From Chthoniobacteraceae bacterium (lineage in GTDB: Bacteria > Verrucomicrobiota > Verrucomicrobiia > Chthoniobacterales > Chthoniobacteraceae), in contig JANNWY010000166.1 in the NCBI GenBank assembly GCA_031409335.1, positions 1 to 35,884 of the forward strand: 35,884 bases of DNA. Reading direction: 5' to 3'. Every line of letters begins with the position of its first letter. Position 1 is the first letter of the stretch. The position numbers and the translations under genes are program-made. Below are positions 26,361 to 35,748 of this stretch, piece after piece. The notes beneath the pieces are model-generated. The model saw only the letters and a program-made list of their open reading frames with translations, was not told the origin of the DNA and made no database searches.

Positions 26361-29300
26361 ATGAAAATCCTTGTCGTCCTGCTCGCCCTCTCCGCGTCCG
26401 CTTTCGCCGTCAGCGATCCTTTCGCCGAACTCGTGCGCCCGACCGAGCCGCTCACGCCGGAGCAGCAGCGCGCAACGTTTCATCTGCCGCCGGGTTTTGA
26501 AATCCAGCTCGTCGCGAGCGAGCCGGATTTGCGCAAGGGCATGAATATGAATTGGGACGCGACCGGACGGCTGTGGCTCACCGAGTCGCGCGAGTATCCG
26601 TTCGCGGTGAAGGACGGTTCGCCGGGCCGCGACACGGTGCGGATTTTCTCCGACTTCGAGCCGGATGGACGCGCGCGAAAGATCGAGATTTTCGCCGACG
26701 GGCTGAACATCCCGACCGGCGTGTATCCCTTCCGCTCGCCAAATGCCGCGGGCAAAATCACCTGGAAATGCGTGGTGTGGAGCATCCCAAATATCTGGCT
26801 GATGGAGGACACGGACGGCGACGGAAAGGCAGACAAGCGCGAGGTGCTTTTCGGCCCGCTCGGCTGGGAGCGCGACACGCATGGGAATCTTTCGTCCTAC
26901 CGCCGCGGCGACGACGGCTGGCTCTACGGCACGCATGGATTCAACAACGAGAGCACGCTGCGCGGGCGCGATGGCAGCGAGCTGCACATCGTGAGCGGCA
27001 ATACGTGGCGCGTGCGGCTGGATGGTTCGCGCGTGGAAGGGCACACGTTCGGGCAGGTGAATCCGTTCGGTCTGTGCTGGGATGATCGCGGAAATTTGTT
27101 CAGCGCGGACTGCCACAGTTCGCCGATCTACCAGCTCCTGCGCGGTGCTTATTATCCGAGTTTTGGCAAGCCGCACGACGGCATCGGATTCGCGCCGCAG
27201 ACGATTTTACATTCGCACGGAAGCACGGCGATTTGCGCGCCGATGATGGTGCGCGACACGTCGTGGCCGGCCGAATTGCAGGGGCACATGTTCATCGGAA
27301 ACGTGCAGACGAGCCGGCTGAATCACGACGCGATCGCGTGGCACGGCGCGTCGTCAAAAGGCACCGAGCTGCCGGATTTCTTGAGCACGGACGATCCGTG
27401 GTTTCGGCCCGTGGATCTAAGCTGGGGGCCGGATGGCGCGCTTTACGTGGTGGATTTTTACAACAAAATCATCGGCCACTACGAAGTGCCGCTCGATCAT
27501 CCGGGGCGTGATCGTGAGCGCGGGCGGCTGTGGCGGATCGTGTGGAAAGGGAATCTGCAAAACCCCGCGCTGCCTGCCGACGCCGCGGGCCTCGTCGCCG
27601 AGCTCGCATCGCAAAATCCCACACGCCGCACGCTCGCGCTGAATGAACTCTGCGACCGTCTCCCGACCGCAGCGCCCGCCGCGCTGCAAGTCGCGCCGAA
27701 GAATGCATTCCAAGCCGCGAACACGCTCTACGCGCTGCACCGCCTCGGCCAGCTCGACGACGCGCGCCTGCTCGCCGCGCTCGACTCGCCGGATGCGCAC
27801 ATCCGCACGCACGCCGTCCGCATTTCGCGCGAGCGAAAAACCACCGGGCAAGTGCTGGCCGCCGTCCGCGCGCGGCTCGCCGATCCCGATGCGATCGTCG
27901 CCCGCTGCGCCACCGATGCGCTCGCCGCCGCGCCGGCGCGCGAAAATTTTCGCCCGCTCCTCGATCTCCTGCGCCGCACTCCGGCGGAAGACGATCACCT
28001 CATCCACAGCACGCGCATGGCGATCCGCGATCAACTCCGCGCGCCGGCCGTCGCGAACGGAATCTCACTCGACGGCCTGTCCGCGGCGGATCTGAAACCG
28101 CTGCTCGAAATCATGCTCGCCGTCCCCGGTGAAGCGACCGCCGAACTGCGCTTCACGCTTTTCGAGAAAACGGATGTGCCCGCCGAAGTGCTCGCGAAAC
28201 AACTGCCGAGCATGGTGAAAAACCTGCCAGCCGCGCGCCTCGACGCGGTCATCGCGCTTGCCCGAAAGAAACTCGCCACGGACAGCAACGCGCAAGCTGC
28301 CGTGATTCAAGGCGCGCTCGCGGCGCTGGCGGAGCGCGGCAGGCAGCCGGGCGAAAGTCTCCGCACGTGGGGCGGAGAAATCGCAAACGCGTTGCTCTCG
28401 AAAGGTGACGGCGCGACCGGCTGGTCCGAGACCGCGCTCGACGGCGGCCCGGCAACCAAGAGCCCGTGGGCTTTTCAGGAGCGTTCGTGTGCGGATGGAA
28501 AAGTCGCGCAAGTGCTTTCCAGCATCCCGAACGGCGAGACGCTCACCGGCATCGCGCGATGCTCCGACTTCCCGCTCGCGGACAAAGTCAGCTTCTTTCT
28601 CTGCGGCCACGACGGCGCACCTGGCCAGTCGGCCGGGAAGAAAAACTTCGTGCGCCTCCGCGACAGCGCGAACGGCGCGGTGCTGCGCGAAGCCGCTCCG
28701 CCGCGCAATGACACCGGGAAGCGGATCGAGTGGGATCTTGCAGAATTTTCCGGGCGCAAAGGGTTCATCGAAATCACCGACGGCGACTCGGGCACCGCGT
28801 ACGCGTGGCTCGCCGCGGGCCGCTTCGATCCGCCGTCGCTCGCACCCACCGATCCGGCAGGCGCGACTCGCAGCGCGACCATTGCCGCCGATCTGGCGCG
28901 CGCGCTCAAGCTCACCGAACTCCGCGCGCCGCTCGCCGCAGTTTTCGCGGAGCGGAAAAACGACGCTGTCTCCCGCGCTGCGAGCGCCCGCGCGCTGATC
29001 GCTTTTCGTTCGGACGAGGACATCGCCGCGGTCGGAACCGCTCTCGCCAGCGCCGACGAGCCGGATTCCCTCCGCGAAAAGCTCGCCGTTTATCTCGCCG
29101 AAATTCCGATCCCGAGCATTTGCAAGCGCGTGACCGACGCGATGACCACCGCGCCTTTCAAGCTCCAGCAAGCCTTCGCCACCGCGCTGTCCGCGAATCG
29201 TTGCGGCACGATGTTGCTGCTCGATGCGATCGAGCGCGGCCAGGCTTCCATCAATGTCCTGCGCGACAAAGCGACCGCCGACCGCCTGCTCGCGAGCGGC

Positions 29301-29825
29301 GCGGACGCGGAGGACGCGCGCGTGCGCGAGCTGCAAAAGAAACTCCCGCCCGCCAGCGGCGAGGCCGACAAACTCATCGCCGCCCGCCGCAGCGCGTTCG
29401 ATCCCGCGAAAGCCAGCGCCCCGCGTGGCGCGGAAGTTTTCACCCGCACCTGCGCCGCCTGCCACGCGCTCGACGGCAAGGGCGGTAATATCGGCCCGCA
29501 GCTCGAAGGCGTCGGCGGACGGGGTGCGGACCGTCTTTGCGAAGACATCCTCGACCCCAATCGCAACGTCGATCGCGCGTTCCGCCTCACGCTCGTGACG
29601 AAAAAGGACGGCAGCGTTCTCAGCGGCCTGCTGCGCAGCGAAGAGGGCGCGCAAATCGTGCTCGCGGACCTCGCCGGTCAGGAAATCCGCGTCGCAAAAA
29701 GTGATGTCGCTTCGCAAATGGAAACGGAGACATCGCTCATGCCGCCAACCTTCGCCGACCTGATCACGCCCGCGGAATTCAGCGACCTGCTCGCCTACCT
29801 GCTCGCGCAGCGCGCTGCGAAATGA
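26361..29825 (+). CDS. PVC-type heme-binding CxxCH protein (sorbosone-dehydrogenase-like propeller, HEAT-like repeats, cytochrome c)
   Basis: Signal peptide from ATG 26361, F.LPPGFEIQLVASEP, DTDGDGKAD, WFRPVD..GPDGALYV.D, HPGRDRERGRLWR, CAACH at 29451-29465, IGPQL, ILDPN and SLMP. Confidence 0.9.
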   Translation: MKILVVLLALSASAFAVSDPFAELVRPTEPLTPEQQRATFHLPPGFEIQLVASEPDLRKGMNMNWDATGRLWLTESREYPFAVKDGSPGRDTVRIFSDFEPDGRARKIEIFADGLNIPTGVYPFRSPNAAGKITWKCVVWSIPNIWLMEDTDGDGKADKREVLFGPLGWERDTHGNLSSYRRGDDGWLYGTHGFNNESTLRGRDGSELHIVSGNTWRVRLDGSRVEGHTFGQVNPFGLCWDDRGNLFSADCHSSPIYQLLRGAYYPSFGKPHDGIGFAPQTILHSHGSTAICAPMMVRDTSWPAELQGHMFIGNVQTSRLNHDAIAWHGASSKGTELPDFLSTDDPWFRPVDLSWGPDGALYVVDFYNKIIGHYEVPLDHPGRDRERGRLWRIVWKGNLQNPALPADAAGLVAELASQNPTRRTLALNELCDRLPTAAPAALQVAPKNAFQAANTLYALHRLGQLDDARLLAALDSPDAHIRTHAVRISRERKTTGQVLAAVRARLADPDAIVARCATDALAAAPARENFRPLLDLLRRTPAEDDHLIHSTRMAIRDQLRAPAVANGISLDGLSAADLKPLLEIMLAVPGEATAELRFTLFEKTDVPAEVLAKQLPSMVKNLPAARLDAVIALARKKLATDSNAQAAVIQGALAALAERGRQPGESLRTWGGEIANALLSKGDGATGWSETALDGGPATKSPWAFQERSCADGKVAQVLSSIPNGETLTGIARCSDFPLADKVSFFLCGHDGAPGQSAGKKNFVRLRDSANGAVLREAAPPRNDTGKRIEWDLAEFSGRKGFIEITDGDSGTAYAWLAAGRFDPPSLAPTDPAGATRSATIAADLARALKLTELRAPLAAVFAERKNDAVSRAASARALIAFRSDEDIAAVGTALASADEPDSLREKLAVYLAEIPIPSICKRVTDAMTTAPFKLQQAFATALSANRCGTMLLLDAIERGQASINVLRDKATADRLLASGADAEDARVRELQKKLPPASGEADKLIAARRSAFDPAKASAPRGAEVFTRTCAACHALDGKGGNIGPQLEGVGGRGADRLCEDILDPNRNVDRAFRLTLVTKKDGSVLSGLLRSEEGAQIVLADLAGQEIRVAKSDVASQMETETSLMPPTFADLITPAEFSDLLAYLLAQRAAK

Positions 29826-31292
29826 TCAGAGCGGCGCTTTTTCCGCGACGCGGATTGCGCACGAGTAGGTCGTCACGGCCTGCTGCACGTTCTTGAATTG
29901 CATCGGCCCGGTCAGCGTGAATTCAGCCTGCGACGCGGCGTTCAGCGTCGTGTGAAATGCGTCGGTGCAGAGGATTTCCCACGGGCCGGCTTGCGAGCAG
30001 AGGCGGGCGGCGAGATTGGTGGTGTGGCCGATCGCGGTGAAATCCCGCCGCGTCGCCGAACCGATCGAACCGACCACGGCGCTTCCGCGATGGATGCCGA
30101 TGCCGAGCGCGAGCGGCCAGCCTTGGATGGTGATCTCGGAATGCGTGCGCTCGATCAATTTTTTCGCGCACGCGAAGACTTGTTCCGCCGTGTCCGCGGA
30201 GTCGAGGAAGACGGCCATGATCGCGTCGCCGATGAATTTATCGACGTCGCCGCCGGCGGAAATTACCACGTCGGCTTGCACGGAGAGCAGTTGATTCAGC
30301 TCGCGCACGAGCGCCTGCGCGTCGCGATCCTCGGCGAAGCTGGTGAAGCCGCGGATGTCCGCGAAGAGCACCATCACATCCTGCTCGCGGCCCATGAGCC
30401 AGTCGGGATCGGTGCGGCTGCGCTGGACCGCCTCGGCGTTCAAACGCGAAACGTAAGGGAGCAGCGCGAGTTTTTCCTGGAGGCCCTCGAAAAGATCGTT
30501 GAACGCGTTGCTTAAAATCCCGACTTCATCGTTCGACTCCGCCGCGACTTGCACCGCGGTATCGCCAGCGCGGAAGCGCTGAATGCCGACGGTGAGCCGG
30601 TGCAGCCCGCGCGTGATGCCGCCCGCGAGCCAAAGCCCCGGCAGCATTCCCACGAGCAAAGCCACGCCGCCAAGCGCGAGCGATGCCCACAACATGCGAT
30701 CCAACTCCGCGTAGTAGCGGCTCACTTCCGCATCGACTTCGATGATCGCGACGGGCTTGCCATCGCGCCCGAGAATCGGCGCGTAGCCGCTGATCCAGCG
30801 CCCGTGCGGATCTTCGTAGAGAGCGGTGTTCGTCGGGCTCCCGGTCATCCATGCCTTGAGCAAAGCGGGGAGGTTTTGCTCGAGCACTTTGTAGCGGTTG
30901 CCGACGAATGTTTTTTCCTGAAGCATGACGACGAACTCCGTTTCCGAAGGCGTATCGAGCGGGCGCAAAATGTAGATTTCCTCCTCGCGCAGATTGTTCA
31001 CTTTGCGCGACCGCTCGAGGATCGTTCGCGTCTGCTGAAATGCGGGGCTCGCCGCATCGGCATTCGTGCGAATGCCATCGAGCGAATCGCCGTCGATCGC
31101 CAGCGCGGTCGTCCCGGCGACGCTGCGGACGAACACTTGAAAATCATCCAGCACCGCGTTTTTGCTGATCTGGAGCGCAGGCAGGATCAAAGCTGCTGTG
31201 GTGGTGAACGCCACGACGGCCATCGCGAGGGCGATCTTGGTGCGCAGACTTTGCAGCCAGCCGGCGCGCTGTGGTGGGGCATCCGAGGTCAT
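29826..31292 (-). CDS. Membrane class III adenylate cyclase (sensor domain, HAMP, catalytic domain)
   Basis: Two transmembrane helices around an extracytoplasmic domain, HAMP (SNDEVGILSNAFN), and catalytic motifs VLFADIRGFT, VDKFIGDAIM, FTAIGHTTNLAARL. The Lys/Thr specificity pair fits class IIIb. Start is uncertain (31292-31322). Confidence 0.9.
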   Translation of the reverse strand: MTSDAPPQRAGWLQSLRTKIALAMAVVAFTTTAALILPALQISKNAVLDDFQVFVRSVAGTTALAIDGDSLDGIRTNADAASPAFQQTRTILERSRKVNNLREEEIYILRPLDTPSETEFVVMLQEKTFVGNRYKVLEQNLPALLKAWMTGSPTNTALYEDPHGRWISGYAPILGRDGKPVAIIEVDAEVSRYYAELDRMLWASLALGGVALLVGMLPGLWLAGGITRGLHRLTVGIQRFRAGDTAVQVAAESNDEVGILSNAFNDLFEGLQEKLALLPYVSRLNAEAVQRSRTDPDWLMGREQDVMVLFADIRGFTSFAEDRDAQALVRELNQLLSVQADVVISAGGDVDKFIGDAIMAVFLDSADTAEQVFACAKKLIERTHSEITIQGWPLALGIGIHRGSAVVGSIGSATRRDFTAIGHTTNLAARLCSQAGPWEILCTDAFHTTLNAASQAEFTLTGPMQFKNVQQAVTTYSCAIRVAEKAPL

Positions 31293-31351
31293 GGACCGGA
31301 TAGGAAGCATGAAGAGACGCACTTATTCCAGAGCGACGCGCTGCCGCACCC

Positions 31352-31400
31352 AAAAAAAACCAAGAGCGGCTGGCACCCCCCCGAGCACCAGCCGCCCCCC
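31352..31400 (-). terminator. Probable intrinsic terminator downstream of the HtrA gene
   Basis: The minus strand reads GGGGCGGCTGGTGCTC..GGGTGCCAGCCGCTCT, a stem with G:U pairs, followed by TGG and T8. Confidence 0.55.
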
Positions 31401-31423
31401 AACCAAGGTCTTTGCGCCGCGCG

Positions 31424-32863
31424 TCAGCCGCCCGGATCGAGCACGACAAAGGTGCGCATGCCCTTCCGCTCGACATTCAGCAGCACGCCTTTTTTCCCAG
31501 CCGTTGCGGCCCCGGCGGCGATCGTTTCAAAGACTGCGACCGGGCTTGCGACGGCTTTGGATTCCACATCCGTGATGATGTCGTCGGCCTGCAATCCTGC
31601 CTTTGCCGCGGGGCCGTCGGCGGTCACTTCCATCACGATCGCGCGCCCGTCCACGCCCTTCAAAGTCATCCCCAGCGTCTCGCCATTTGGCATCGTCGAT
31701 TGCGACTTTGGCGGGTTTGCGACGCGCGTAAATCGCGCGGGCAATTCACCAGTCGTCACCGGGATCACCATCATCCGGCCCGCGCGCCACACATTGAGCT
31801 GCACGACCTGGCCGATCTTCTTCTTCACGATTTCCTTCGGCAAATCCTTCCCGACAGAAATCGTCACGCCGTCCACCTGCGTGATGACATCCGTCGCGCG
31901 CAAATCACTTTTGAGGGCGGGCGCATCCGCTTCGATCGTTTCCACCACCACTCCGGAAGCGACGTTCTTAAAGTGTTCGCGAAGCGCGGGATTGTCCGCG
32001 AGCGTGCGCACCCGCACGCCGATGTACGAGCGCCGCACTTTTCCATCGGCGATCAATTGCCGCGACACATCCGCGAGCATCGCGCTCGGGATCGCAAACG
32101 CGAGGCCGCGCCCGAGCCCGTTGATGAGCGTGTTCATCCCCACGATTTTTCCATCCACGTCGAACAGCGGTCCGCCCGAGTTTCCCGGATTGATGAATGC
32201 GTCGGTCTGGATGTAATCCTCGTAGAGAATCGAACTGGACAATGGCTCCAGGAGATTCGAGCGCCCCTTGCCGCTCACCCACCCGCACGTGAAGGAGTAT
32301 TCCTGATTGAACGGCGCGCCGATCGCGCAAACCAGTTGTCCGATCTTCAGCGCGTCGCTGTCGCCAAATTCGGCTGCCGCGAGATCCTTCGCGTCGATCT
32401 TGATCACCGCGATGTCCGTCTTGTCATCGGTGCCGATGATTTTCGCCGGGAAACGCCGCCCGTCCCTCAAGCGCACTTCGATCCTCTCCGCGTTGGCGAT
32501 CACGTGGAGATTCGTCAGGATGAAACCGTCCGCGCCGACAATGAAGCCGCTGCCCTCGCTGAGGCTCCCGCCTTGCTGACGCCGACGGTCCTTGCCCGGT
32601 TTCTTTTCTCCATCGCCGGGGTCGCGCTCGCGCAAAAACAGCTCAAAGTGATCGAGGTCCGCCGTGTCGATGCCGCCCAGTTTTTCGGTTTCAATCACCA
32701 CCACGCTCGGAGCGACTTTCTCGAAGACCTGAATAAACCCCTGATCGATCTGCTTCAGCAGCGAGAGTGCGGCGGGCGCGGGCGGTGGCGAGTCCGCCGC
32801 AAAGGCCGGCAGGCTGACGAGCAGCGCGGCGATTTTTGCGGAGTGGGAAAGGAGGCGCGGCAT
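31424..32863 (-). CDS. HtrA/DegP-family serine protease with two PDZ domains
   Basis: Signal peptide, GSGFIV, TNLHVI (His), DIAVIK (Asp), IQTDAFINPGNSGGPL (Ser) and two PDZ domains. Confidence 0.93.
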   Translation of the reverse strand: MPRLLSHSAKIAALLVSLPAFAADSPPPAPAALSLLKQIDQGFIQVFEKVAPSVVVIETEKLGGIDTADLDHFELFLRERDPGDGEKKPGKDRRRQQGGSLSEGSGFIVGADGFILTNLHVIANAERIEVRLRDGRRFPAKIIGTDDKTDIAVIKIDAKDLAAAEFGDSDALKIGQLVCAIGAPFNQEYSFTCGWVSGKGRSNLLEPLSSSILYEDYIQTDAFINPGNSGGPLFDVDGKIVGMNTLINGLGRGLAFAIPSAMLADVSRQLIADGKVRRSYIGVRVRTLADNPALREHFKNVASGVVVETIEADAPALKSDLRATDVITQVDGVTISVGKDLPKEIVKKKIGQVVQLNVWRAGRMMVIPVTTGELPARFTRVANPPKSQSTMPNGETLGMTLKGVDGRAIVMEVTADGPAAKAGLQADDIITDVESKAVASPVAVFETIAAGAATAGKKGVLLNVERKGMRTFVVLDPGG

Positions 32864-32945
32864 TGGCGAGTTTTGGTGCGGCTTTCGACAGGGGCTCGCG
32901 GGTCCTGTTCAAATGACGGGAAAAAATTCACGCGGAATGGGAGTG

Positions 32946-33026
32946 TCGTGCTCCTGCTCCTGCTCTTGATCTTGATCCTGCTCGAAACGCACTCCCGTAG
33001 ATCAAGAGCAGGAGCAGGAGCGAGGA
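32946..33026. repeat. Inverted hexamer tracts (TCCTGC/TCTTGA)n ... (GCAGGA)n in a divergent intergenic region
   Basis: TCGTGC TCCTGC TCCTGC TCTTGA TCTTGA TCCTGC TCG ... GATCAAGAGCAGGAGCAGGAGCGAGGA. Confidence 0.85.
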
Positions 33027-33086
33027 ATCCGCGATGAAGCGGAAAGCGATTGCGGGAGTTACTCGAGCGATCGTAGTTTCGCGCAC

Positions 33087-33908
33087 ATGGACCCGCGCTG
33101 GTTTCAGATTTCCGCGCTCTCGGCGCTGCTCCTATACGGTGTGGCGTGGCTGGATTTTGAGATCGCATCCACCCAGGCCGCGATCACCCTCGGCGCGGTG
33201 CTGGTCACGCAATTCGCCGCCACACGCTGGTTGCGCCTGCCCGCGTTCGATCCGAAAAGCGCGCTCATCTCCGGCCTCTCCCTCTGCCTTCTGCTGCGCA
33301 CGAATTCACTCGCCCTCGCCGCGGTTGCGGGCGTCATCACCATCGCCAGCAAATTCCTCCTGCGCGTGAACGGGAAACACATTTTCAATCCGACCAACTT
33401 CGGCCTCGTCGCAACGATGCTCGCCACTGGCGGCGCGGTGTGGGTGTCGCCGGGGCAGTGGGGAAACGTGGCGTTCTTCGCGTTTCTCATGGTGTGCATC
33501 GGCGGGCTCGTCGTCATGCGCGCGGCGCGCAGCGATGTCACGCTGGCCTTCATCGCGTTTTACCTGGCGCTCGTTTTTGGCCGTTCGCTCTGGCTCGGCG
33601 AACCGCTCGCCATCCCGCTCCACCGCCTGCAAAGCGGCGCGCTGCTGCTCTTCACATTTTTCATGATCTCCGACCCGCGCACCACGCCCGATTCCCGCGC
33701 AGGCCGCATCGTCTTCGCCGCGCTCGTCGCGTGGGGCGCGTGGTACGTGCAGTTCCGCCTCTTCCGCACGAATGGCCTGCTCTGGTCGCTCGCCGCCTTC
33801 TCGCTTTTCACCCCGCTGCTCGATCGGCTGCTGCCCGGCGCGCGGTATCGATGGCGTGAAACACGATTGCCGCTCCCGCCGCTGCGAACGGCGGTTACTT
33901 CGGCGTGA
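33087..33908 (+). CDS. RnfD/NqrB-related (UnbU-like) polytopic membrane protein
   Basis: DPRWFQI, SALISGLSLCLLLRT, SKF..R..GKHIFNPTNFG, WVSPGQWG and FFMISDPRTTP. Confidence 0.8.
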   Translation: MDPRWFQISALSALLLYGVAWLDFEIASTQAAITLGAVLVTQFAATRWLRLPAFDPKSALISGLSLCLLLRTNSLALAAVAGVITIASKFLLRVNGKHIFNPTNFGLVATMLATGGAVWVSPGQWGNVAFFAFLMVCIGGLVVMRAARSDVTLAFIAFYLALVFGRSLWLGEPLAIPLHRLQSGALLLFTFFMISDPRTTPDSRAGRIVFAALVAWGAWYVQFRLFRTNGLLWSLAAFSLFTPLLDRLLPGARYRWRETRLPLPPLRTAVTSA

Positions 33909-34122
33909 TCGTGACCAAGGCGGCGCGCCTGCCGATGGCGATCAGACCAGTGCCGGAGTTCTGGTGCTGGAGCAGGACGCCCGCGAAGTTTCGCGTGATC
34001 CCATTCTCGCTCGGTGCCTGAAAGCTGCCGCTGAAAGTCCCGCGCGGGCGGTGAGCGAGTAAGCGCCAGGAGTGGTTGGCCGTGGATTGCGACTCACCTC
34101 GAAAGTTCCCAGCGTGCCGACT
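33895..34122 (-). pseudogene. Frameshifted 3' remnant of a large exported verrucomicrobial protein
   Basis: The terminal frame reads GTFSGSFQAP..TRNFAGVLLQHQNSGTGLI..VTITPK*. Adding one G near 34040 joins it to upstream ..PGAYSLTARA. An in-frame TAA lies near 34122 and there is no credible start. Confidence 0.5.
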
Positions 34123-34454
34123 TACTGCGAAGTGCTGGTGCCGGGCAGCGTGCTGCCCAGATAGTGGTTGCACGGCCACGATCAGCAGCCATCGCGCACG
34201 GCTGTCGCCCGCCTTGGTGATAACCTCCCTGCCGCCGCTCGTCACTGCTGGAGCACTCGCTCGAGGGAAAGCCGTGCGAGATTCTTTCTATAAACCTTGC
34301 AAAGTGGGTGTTTCTGAACGCCGCACAGAGACGAGACAACCGTTCGCTCAAGGTAGCCCTATCTGATGAGTCGTTGCGCGGTCAATGCGTGGCCCCTTTC
34401 TTTCGTCTCCATTTTTCTTGCCACCGCAGAAGAAACCTGATTTTTATTGAACCC

Positions 34455-35237
34455 ATGAAATCGCTCCCCCACTTCGCCCTCATTTTCGCAGCCATCAGCA
34501 TCCCCGCCCATGCCGCCCTGCTGTTCATGGATAACTTCGACGCGCCGGACTCTGCCAGTTTTGACGACGCGTCCCTCACCGGCCGCCTGTCTGGTTCGGA
34601 GTCCGGGAACACCACCCTCCGCTCATGGGGTTTCCAGCAAAGCATCAGCAACAACCAGCTCCTGATGCCGCAGGGAGGCAACGGCGTGCGCTTCGGCGGG
34701 GGAACGACCCGCTATGACTGGGCCTCCGGCACTTCCGGTTCGCAGATCCTCGCCGGTGGCGGATTTGTCGTGGCCTTTGACTGGATTCCGCAGGACAACA
34801 CCGACAATGAGTGGGTCTCCTATCAGGTCGGCACCATCAACAACGACAACGGGAACCTGACCGATGACGACTACGGCATCCTCTTTCGTAACAATGGTGG
34901 AACCGAGCGGTTCGACAACAACGTGAACCTCGGGGCCGGCAGCAGTTTTACCGCCACTGCGGGTGGACTCGCCCGCCGCGTCGAACTCACTTACACGTTC
35001 AGTTCATTCGCCGATGGCTCCCTGGTGTCCGTGACCTCTACCGTCAACGGCTTCCAAGTCGCCGGCGACAGTTTCACGTGGGACAGCAATTTTGGCGAAA
35101 TGCGCATGGAGATGGGCAATGGTGTCAACAACACCCGCATCGACAATTTCAGCGTTTCCACCATCCCCGAGCCATCCTCCGCACTGCTCTTGCTAGGCAG
35201 CGCGCTTGGCCTCGCGAGCCGCCGCCGCCGCCCATAA
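34455..35237 (+). CDS. PEP-CTERM sorting domain protein
   Basis: Signal peptide MKSLPHFALIFAAISIPAHA and C-terminus IPEPSSALLLLGSALGLASRRRRP. Confidence 0.93.
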   Translation: MKSLPHFALIFAAISIPAHAALLFMDNFDAPDSASFDDASLTGRLSGSESGNTTLRSWGFQQSISNNQLLMPQGGNGVRFGGGTTRYDWASGTSGSQILAGGGFVVAFDWIPQDNTDNEWVSYQVGTINNDNGNLTDDDYGILFRNNGGTERFDNNVNLGAGSSFTATAGGLARRVELTYTFSSFADGSLVSVTSTVNGFQVAGDSFTWDSNFGEMRMEMGNGVNNTRIDNFSVSTIPEPSSALLLLGSALGLASRRRRP

Positions 35238-35329
35238 GGCTTGGCTGGCTGCTGCTAGGAATTTGCTTTCGCTACCCCGTCGCACTCTGGACGGCCTGAG
35301 CGGAGAAGCGACGTCGGACAGCGCCAGGT

Positions 35330-35460
35330 CTGGCCGTTGAACTTTACGGCGGAATCGGAGCCCGAGAGTGTTCGCGCCAGTCAGTGTTATAGTGCCGTTC
35401 ATAGTGACCAACGCGCCAGTTGTTCCTAATGTGTTGCGGAGAATCCCGACATTCCCGGCA
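35330..35460 (-). pseudogene. Possible remnant of a beta-helix/autotransporter-like gene
   Basis: AGNVGILRNTLGTTGALVTMNGTITLTGANTLG, continuing in a shifted frame as SDSAVKFNG, with a stop upstream. Confidence 0.3.
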
Positions 35461-35660
35461 GGGAAATAGCAATGTTTGCGGAGGCGGCGTTACACTGCTG
35501 GTCGCCACAGATTGTGAATTTTGAAATCGAAGGTGAGCACTGACTTTCAGGGCGTGGCTGTAAGCTCGGTCGATTAGGTTCGAAGAGCCAAAACAAGCCA
35601 GCTCAGGGCGCTGCCCACTGCCATTGAGTTTTGAGGCTATGAAATAAGTCGAAGACCCAA

Positions 35661-35720
35661 GGTGGATGGCGCGCTCCGCCGCGCCATGGCAACCAGCCGC
35701 ACGGAGCGCCTCAATCCACC
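35661..35720. repeat. GTGG-type REP plus a degenerate inverted partner
   Basis: GTGG-ATGGCGCG-CTCCGC-CGCGCCAT (35662-35687) and the inverted partner CGGAGCGCCTCAATCCACC (ends 35720). Confidence 0.65.
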
Positions 35721-35748
35721 CGCGCCACTCGCAATATCGCTTAACCTA

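Noticed and set aside
29823..29828. Abutting convergent stop codons forming TGATCA
   Set aside because: This is a common compact arrangement with no further structure.
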